NCBI GenBank assembly: GCA_946622195.1
Contig: CAMOPH010000012.1
Coordinates: forward strand, 222 to 64,221
Length of the DNA stretch: 64,000 nucleotides
From: an uncultured Lachnospiraceae bacterium
GTDB lineage: Bacteria; Bacillota; Clostridia; Lachnospirales; Lachnospiraceae
Direction of reading: 5' to 3'
Shown here piece by piece: positions 58,089 to 64,000 of this stretch; position 1 is the first letter of the stretch, and each line of letters starts with the position of its first letter. Under the pieces are notes generated by a model. The model had not been told where the DNA came from, ran no database searches, and saw only the letters and a list, made by a program, of their open reading frames with translations. The position numbers were made by a program, and so were the translations under genes.

Positions 58089-59171
58089 ATGGATAAAAAA
58101 GGCAGAATATACGTATGTCACACCTACTACCATGTGTTTGTGGCACTGCTTAAAGAATTCAATTTAGATAAAAACGAGCGATTTAAGGCCGATCTGGTCT
58201 TAAGTTTAATGTCCAACGACTTCGAAAATCTCTCCGAGCGTATTCTTGAAAACAAAGTTTTTGAAAACGTTTATCTTTTTGACGAAAAGAGAGAAACCTT
58301 TTTCCCCGAAGTAATGAAATACAAAGAGGATAAGGGCAATATCGTTTCGAATATGATTTCCCGAATCAAATTCACAAAGGAATTTGCAAAGGCTGAGGAA
58401 AAGTATGTCCCCGTCGACTTTTCAAAATACAAACAAGTCTATGTCTTTTGCGATTCCGATCCCATAGGTCTTTTCCTTAATCAAAAAAGAATCCCCTACC
58501 ATGCTCTCGAAGACGGGCTCAATTATTTAAAGCCCTATTCCCCCGTGCCCGCCAAGGCCGACAACAGGGGCGCTTTTGCACTTAAAAAATTCTTCAGCAT
58601 GAACTTAAATCTTATTTTCATCCGCGACGGATACAGCAAATACTGTCTCGACATGGAAGTAAACGATTTAAGCGTCATCGATGATACTTTTAAAAAATAT
58701 AAAGAGGTTCCGCGTTCCGGCTTGATGAATGCGCTCGACTCAAAAGCCAAAGAAATCATGATGAGAGTTTTCGTTAAGAACTTCGACGAATTAAAAAAGC
58801 AGCTCTCAAATGTGAATTCGGACAAGAAAAACATTATCATTCTTACCGAGCCGCTGACCACGGATTTAAAGCAGAGAGAAAAGCTCTTCAGGGATCTTGT
58901 GAACGAATACTCAAAAGAAGGCACGATCTTTTTAAAGCCTCATCCGAGAGACGAGCTTGATTACCCCACTGTATTTTCGGACTGCAAACAGTTTGACAGA
59001 ACGGTTCCGATGGAGATTCTCAACTTTTTCGAAGACATACAATTCGACAAGGTCGTAGCCATATATACGCAGCTTGACGCCGTTCGTTTTGCAAAGGAAA
59101 AGGTTTTCCTCGGACACGACTTTATGGATAAATACGAAGATCCCGAGATTCACAGAAAAAACAGGAAGTAA
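58089..59171 (+). CDS. bacterial sialyltransferase-like glycosyltransferase (GT52/Lst-like)
   Basis: EDG and KPHPRD motifs, P.E (VPMEI); start ATG 58089. Confidence 0.75.
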   Translation: MDKKGRIYVCHTYYHVFVALLKEFNLDKNERFKADLVLSLMSNDFENLSERILENKVFENVYLFDEKRETFFPEVMKYKEDKGNIVSNMISRIKFTKEFAKAEEKYVPVDFSKYKQVYVFCDSDPIGLFLNQKRIPYHALEDGLNYLKPYSPVPAKADNRGAFALKKFFSMNLNLIFIRDGYSKYCLDMEVNDLSVIDDTFKKYKEVPRSGLMNALDSKAKEIMMRVFVKNFDELKKQLSNVNSDKKNIIILTEPLTTDLKQREKLFRDLVNEYSKEGTIFLKPHPRDELDYPTVFSDCKQFDRTVPMEILNFFEDIQFDKVVAIYTQLDAVRFAKEKVFLGHDFMDKYEDPEIHRKNRK

Positions 59172-59175
59172 ACGC

Positions 59176-60201
59176 ATGGAAGAAAAGCTTTTAAGCATAA
59201 TCGTACCCGTTTACAATATGAATCATGACGATAATCTCACCTTCTGTCTCGATTCTCTTATCAATCAGACAATAAAAAACTATGAGATTATCGCGGTTAA
59301 TGACGCTTCCACGGATGATTCCCTGGGAGTTTTGATTGATTATGAGTTAAAATACCCCGGGAAATTCAAAGTAGTTACGTACAGCGAAAACAAAAGACAG
59401 GGCGGAGCCAAAAACGAAGGCTTAAAGGTTGCCTCGGGAGACTGGATCGGATTTATCGACAGCGACGACTGGATTACACCCGACTTTTACGAAAAGCTGA
59501 TAAAAAAAGCGGAAGATACCGGTGCCGATATCGTCGGCTGTGATTTAAATATCGTAAATTCACATACTTTCGAAGTGGGAAATATCGTAAAATGTAATGA
59601 AGAATCTCAATCGGGAATTCTTGATACGGATAAGAAAAGAGATCTTTTCCGTTTACCCGGAAGCATGGTTGTAAAGATCTATAAGCACAGTGTTATTAAG
59701 GAGAACAATCTCACCTTCCCGGAGCATATCTTTTACGAGGACAACTGCGCGGCGAGAGTCTGGATTCCCTATTTTACGCATTTTGAATATATAAACGAAC
59801 CCAATTACTACTATCTTCAGCATGATTCTTCCACGGTACACACGATAACGAAGGAACGCTGCGAGGACAGAATCAAAGCCATGAATCAGATGTTATCCGA
59901 ATTAAAGGAAAGAAATCTGTTTTTTACTTTTGAACAGGAAGCCGAAGATGTCTATACAAGACTCGGATTCCATACAACTCTTTTTTCATACATGCTCGGA
60001 TGCAAGGATAAAAAGTTAAGTTTCGTGAGCAAACTGAAAGATGATTTTATCATGAAATTCCCGAAATTCAGAAGCAATAAATATTACAATGTTTCGGACA
60101 AGGAAGAAGAAAAGATGGTGAACCTTTGCATTAAATCACCCTTTATTTTCTACAATTACTATTCACTTCTTTGGAAATACCGCAATTTAAAACAAAAATA
60201 A
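59176..60201 (+). CDS. glycosyltransferase family 2
   Basis: LSIIVPVYN, VNDASTD, GGAKN.G, FIDSDD, YED. Confidence 0.92.
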   Translation: MEEKLLSIIVPVYNMNHDDNLTFCLDSLINQTIKNYEIIAVNDASTDDSLGVLIDYELKYPGKFKVVTYSENKRQGGAKNEGLKVASGDWIGFIDSDDWITPDFYEKLIKKAEDTGADIVGCDLNIVNSHTFEVGNIVKCNEESQSGILDTDKKRDLFRLPGSMVVKIYKHSVIKENNLTFPEHIFYEDNCAARVWIPYFTHFEYINEPNYYYLQHDSSTVHTITKERCEDRIKAMNQMLSELKERNLFFTFEQEAEDVYTRLGFHTTLFSYMLGCKDKKLSFVSKLKDDFIMKFPKFRSNKYYNVSDKEEEKMVNLCIKSPFIFYNYYSLLWKYRNLKQK

Positions 60202-60220
60202 AGGAGCAAAAAAAGCCGAC

Positions 60221-61063
60221 ATGAACGTACGAATAATCTGTGACTCATCAGCAGATGTCAGCGAAGAAACCAGGGAGAAAATCACCGTAATCCCTTTAAC
60301 TCTCTATATCGGTGACGAAGAATATCTTGACGGAGTAAACATCACTTACAAAGAATTTTACGAAAAGCTTATCGAAAGCGATGAGCTGCCCCATACATCG
60401 CAGGCCAATCCCGAGACCTTCAGAAGTGTATTTGAAGATGTGGAAAAAAATGACGAAACAGCCGTTTTGATCACTCTTTCATCCACTCTTTCGGGAACAT
60501 ACCAAAGCGCCTTGATCGCCGCTGAGGATTATGAAGGAAGAATATTTGTCGTAGACAGCAAAAATGCAACAATCGGATCGGGAATCCTGGCAGAGCTTGC
60601 GGTCAGACTCTCAGAAGAAGGTTTGAGCGCCAAAGAAATCAGCGACAAATTAAATGAAGAAAAAGAAAAAATCTGCCTCATGGGAATCGTGGATACCCTC
60701 GAATATTTAAAGCGCGGAGGCAGAATCTCGGCGACCGCGGCTTTTGCGGGAGATATGCTCGGAATCAAGCCCGTTCTTCGTATAAAAGACGGAGAAATCG
60801 TAATACTCGGAAAGGCCAGAGGCTCAAAGAAAAGCAACAACCTGCTTGTGACGGAAATAGAAAAGACCGGCGGAGTAGATTTCTCCAAACCCGTTATGCT
60901 CGGGTATTCCGGTCTTGATGATTCTTTACTTAAGAAATATGTCGAAGACAGTCGCTTCCTCTGGGAAGAACATCTCGATGAATTAAAAGAAGCATGCGTC
61001 GGCAGTGTCATCGGAACCCATCTGGGACCGGGCATTGTAGCCGTTGCCTTCTACAACAAATAA
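60221..61063 (+). CDS. DegV family fatty-acid-binding protein
   Basis: DSSAD, TSQ, SSTLSGTYQSA, VVDS, L.RGGRI, IKP, VIGTHLGPG. Confidence 0.93.
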   Translation: MNVRIICDSSADVSEETREKITVIPLTLYIGDEEYLDGVNITYKEFYEKLIESDELPHTSQANPETFRSVFEDVEKNDETAVLITLSSTLSGTYQSALIAAEDYEGRIFVVDSKNATIGSGILAELAVRLSEEGLSAKEISDKLNEEKEKICLMGIVDTLEYLKRGGRISATAAFAGDMLGIKPVLRIKDGEIVILGKARGSKKSNNLLVTEIEKTGGVDFSKPVMLGYSGLDDSLLKKYVEDSRFLWEEHLDELKEACVGSVIGTHLGPGIVAVAFYNK

Positions 61064-61066
61064 ATA

Positions 61067-62485
61067 TTATTCCAGTTTCAGCAATTCGGAAAACGAATAT
61101 CGGCTGTCGGTCGCGGCTTCCTCAAGATTAATGGTGTAGCTTCTCGTCTGGCAGCCGTCTTTTTTTAATGTAATGACGATGGTGCCGATTTTCTTGGTAA
61201 AGCTTACGGGAACCACTCCCATGTAATTGCCGTCAAGATAAAGCTCCGCGCCCTGGGGAGCATCGATATAAACCTTGGCCTCAGTCGTGTTCTCGGGAGG
61301 ATTGGAATCCGTGGTTCCGTTCTCGGTATTGTCCGTTACCGTAGTGGAATTTGAATTGTTGTTTGTATCGGTCGTATTCGTATTGTTGCCTGAATTGGTA
61401 TTCGTGTTCGTATTGTTGTTCGTATTGGTATTATTGTCGTTTGAATTTTCCTTTGAATCCTTGTCTTTGTCGGAATCGTCTTCAAGTTTGGTAAGCTTAA
61501 AGGAAACATCCGCAGAGGGGGAACCGACCGAGATGTATTTGGAAAGCGTCTCATATCCGTCGGCTCTGACGATGAGTTCATGAATTCCGTATTCCATCTT
61601 TACGGGCTTATTTACATCGTTTATCTTTTCCCCGTCTATATACAAAGCCGCATCCGTAGGAGTAATCGAAAAATTGACGGTACCGTAATTTTTCTTAATC
61701 TCTATGTCGCCAAGATCCACATGCGCTTCCTGATTTCTTCCGACCGTAACTTCTTTTACGGCGCTCGTTCCGTCTTTGCTGATTAAAATATTGTATCTGC
61801 CTTCGGGAACGGTAAGAACCATGCCTTCTGTAATCTTTCGGATATCCTTTTCAATCTCGATAAAGCCGTCTATAAAATAGCTGTCGTTATCCAATGATAC
61901 AAAGCCGTGTCCCTTATCCACATTGATGCTGTAAATCACATGGTCAATGCCGTGAATCGTCAGAATATCTGTGTCCGCTATTTCCAAAACATCTATATTT
62001 TCTTTGCCGGAGCAGACAACAAGATTTTCATCAAGCTCGTACTTGTCTCCGAGGTACTCGAGTCTTGTCGCGGAATTGTAAAACTTAAAGCCCTCGACAT
62101 TTGAATATGCAAAATAATCCCCCGAAATCTCAAGAGATTTAAGCTGCTTTTCCTCGCGATAAAAAGTAATATCGCATATCTGTCCCGCACTTACCTGACT
62201 TCCCGTAATCGAGCCTTTGTATCTGTCCGTAAAAAAGGTAAGGTTATCGTAAGTAAGCGTGTATCTTAAGCCCGTTTCGAGGTTTTGGAAAGTAAAAGAT
62301 TGGTCGCTTTTTCCAACCGAAACCACGATGCAGGTATCGGAATAAACAAACTTCGAGGCCTGCTCAATCTCTTCCTCTCCTGTGGAAACAGGCACATTGA
62401 CACCGGTATTCGGTGTACAGGATAAGAGAAAAAGAAGAGAGACGGATGCAAATATTAAATTGATAAAAGCATTTGTTTTTTTCAT
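61067..62485 (-). CDS. PEGA domain-containing lipoprotein
   Basis: Lipobox LLSC; PEGA repeats (PTDAALYIDG, PQGAELYLDG); N/T-rich linker. Confidence 0.8.
   Translation of the reverse strand: MKKTNAFINLIFASVSLLFLLSCTPNTGVNVPVSTGEEEIEQASKFVYSDTCIVVSVGKSDQSFTFQNLETGLRYTLTYDNLTFFTDRYKGSITGSQVSAGQICDITFYREEKQLKSLEISGDYFAYSNVEGFKFYNSATRLEYLGDKYELDENLVVCSGKENIDVLEIADTDILTIHGIDHVIYSINVDKGHGFVSLDNDSYFIDGFIEIEKDIRKITEGMVLTVPEGRYNILISKDGTSAVKEVTVGRNQEAHVDLGDIEIKKNYGTVNFSITPTDAALYIDGEKINDVNKPVKMEYGIHELIVRADGYETLSKYISVGSPSADVSFKLTKLEDDSDKDKDSKENSNDNNTNTNNNTNTNTNSGNNTNTTDTNNNSNSTTVTDNTENGTTDSNPPENTTEAKVYIDAPQGAELYLDGNYMGVVPVSFTKKIGTIVITLKKDGCQTRSYTINLEEAATDSRYSFSELLKLE
61330..61450 (-). repeat. Asn/Thr low-complexity coding repeat
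   Basis: AAT/AAC/ACG/ACC iterations encoding NNTNTNNNTNTNTNSGNNTNTTDTNNN. Confidence 0.7.
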
Positions 62486-62504
62486 CAACTTCAGTCAAAA
62501 CCTT

Positions 62505-63830
62505 TTATTGTTTAACATATTTTTCAAGCAGATACTCTTTGTTGTTATGCTCGGGATTATCAATTACGTCTTCGAGCATTTTGTTTAAAATCTCACCGAG
62601 CAAAGGACCGCTTTCAATACCGTTATCGATTAAATCCCTGCCGCCGACAGCCAGGTCTTTGAGTCTTACGCATTCCTCATTTTTAACGATTTCTTCGTAA
62701 TCGGCGATGTTTCTGTTAAGCCTTGCGATTTTCTCTTCACGCATGTAATCGCTTTGGGCATCAAGATCCGCTCTCCAGACTTTGAATATATCGGGGAACG
62801 CGTCCGCTCCGATTCTATTCATCGCACGGCGCATAATCTTCGTTCCGCCTTCGAGTCTCTCGTCATGATATTTTACGAGAATCCCCACTCTGTCGATGGT
62901 ATCGTTGTCGTATTTTAATCTTCGTAAAATCTCTTTGGCTTTTTCCGAGGATTTAATCTGGTGTCCGTGAAAATGATCGATTCCGTTTTCATCCGTCTTA
63001 AGGCACTCGGGTTTTGCAATGTCGTGTAAAAGCATCGTTAACCTTAAAGCCTTTGTTTTCTCGATATTTTCAACGGATTTTATGATATGGTCTCCCACCG
63101 TGAAACAGTGATGGGGATTGTTTTGCTTGGTCTCAAAGCATTTGTCGAGTTCGGGAATAAACTCTTTGGTAAGTCCCGTCTCGTATGCGGTCTTTAACAT
63201 GGCGGGATTATCCGATAAAAGGATTTTGTTTAACTCGGCCTGTATTCTCTCCGCACTGATTTTCGATAATGTTTCCGAGAGTTCTCCGATGGCTTTGTAA
63301 GTCTCGTCTTCTATCCTGTATCCAAGCTGTGCCGCAAATCTTATGGCACGAAGAAGCCTTAACGCATCTTCGGTAAATCTTTCTTTTGCAACGCCCACGC
63401 ACCTTATGGTCTTGCTTTCAATATCCTCAAGTCCGCCGAAGATATCCACAAGTCCGTCCGTATCATTGTATGCCATGGCATTTATCGTAAAATCCCGTCT
63501 TAAGAGATCTTCCTTAAGATTTGCGGTAAATTCCACACTTTTTGGATGTCTTGAATCCTCATATTCTCCGTCGATTCGATAAGTCGTGACTTCATAGGTT
63601 TCACGGCCCATAAGTACGGTCACGGTGCCGTGCTTAATCCCGGTGTCGACGGTTCTTTTGAATACCTTTTTGACTTCTTCCGGTTTGGCTGAAGTCGTTA
63701 TGTCCCAGTCGTTCGGAACACGCCCGAGAATACTGTCTCTGACACACCCTCCCACGGCATAAGCTTCAAATCCGGCGTTTGATAACTCGTCTATTATTCT
63801 TTTTACGTTTTCCGGTAAATCTATTTTCAT
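62505..63830 (-). CDS. cca: CCA tRNA nucleotidyltransferase with HD domain
   Basis: VGGCVRD, DWDITT, RRDFTINA, EDALR, SAERI, LLHDIAK. Confidence 0.93.
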   Translation of the reverse strand: MKIDLPENVKRIIDELSNAGFEAYAVGGCVRDSILGRVPNDWDITTSAKPEEVKKVFKRTVDTGIKHGTVTVLMGRETYEVTTYRIDGEYEDSRHPKSVEFTANLKEDLLRRDFTINAMAYNDTDGLVDIFGGLEDIESKTIRCVGVAKERFTEDALRLLRAIRFAAQLGYRIEDETYKAIGELSETLSKISAERIQAELNKILLSDNPAMLKTAYETGLTKEFIPELDKCFETKQNNPHHCFTVGDHIIKSVENIEKTKALRLTMLLHDIAKPECLKTDENGIDHFHGHQIKSSEKAKEILRRLKYDNDTIDRVGILVKYHDERLEGGTKIMRRAMNRIGADAFPDIFKVWRADLDAQSDYMREEKIARLNRNIADYEEIVKNEECVRLKDLAVGGRDLIDNGIESGPLLGEILNKMLEDVIDNPEHNNKEYLLEKYVKQ

Positions 63831-64000
63831 TATTTTAAATCAAGCTCCACGGGACAGTGATCCGATCCTAAAATGTCGGCATGTATCTTGGCATCAACCA
63901 TTCGATCTTTAAGTTTTTCAGAGACCACAAAATAGTCAATACGCCACCCTGCGTTCTTTTCTCTGGCCTTAAACATGTAAGACCACCACGAATATTTATC
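63830..64000 (-). CDS. xth: exodeoxyribonuclease III, 3' end (truncated by window edge)
   Basis: Manual translation [27 protein letters not shown]...[12 protein letters not shown]; stop overlaps the cca start. Confidence 0.92.
   Translation of the reverse strand, partial: DKYSWWSYMFKAREKNAGWRIDYFVVSEKLKDRMVDAKIHADILGSDHCPVELDLK

Noticed and set aside
61330-61450. Tandem-repeat-like DNA as a VNTR or CRISPR-like array
   Set aside because: It is a degenerate Asn/Thr linker inside a CDS with no repeat-spacer structure.
1-64000. CRISPR arrays, tRNA and rRNA genes
   Set aside because: No repeat-spacer periodicity, cloverleaf or rRNA signature found by eye in any intergenic region.

Overview
Chromosomal window from a low-GC Firmicute, most likely a rumen/gut Lachnospiraceae (inferred from gene content only). 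Most genes lie on the minus strand. Left end: a TetR + GNAT pair behind an rlmD gene whose 3' end looks like an integration junction. 1.3-14.3 kb: housekeeping genes (rlmD, yhaM, an orphan OmpR regulator, mutS2, an amidohydrolase, a BaiN-like flavoprotein) and a copA whose nucleotide-binding (N) domain is missing in frame. 14.5-15.8 kb: an Rpn/PD-(D/E)XK nuclease gene with a strongly structured leader, bracketed by degenerate inverted repeats. 16-25 kb: patatin and acyl-CoA dehydratase activase genes, divergent from an acyl-CoA ligase and a two-component system. 25-52 kb: a xylan/arabinoxylan utilisation locus (ABC transporter, YesMN-type regulators, xylB, split transketolase, GH51, GH43, esterase). 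A pseF-pseI block interrupts it, and its canonical xylA is destroyed by a large internal deletion while a fucose-isomerase-like (XylA-II-type) gene next to it is intact. Right end: pgeF, SRP RNA, MATE/MarR, a sialyltransferase-like gene with a GT2, DegV, a PEGA lipoprotein, cca and the 3' end of xth. No rRNA, tRNA or CRISPR array was seen. All product calls come from motifs recognised by eye; no database search was run.
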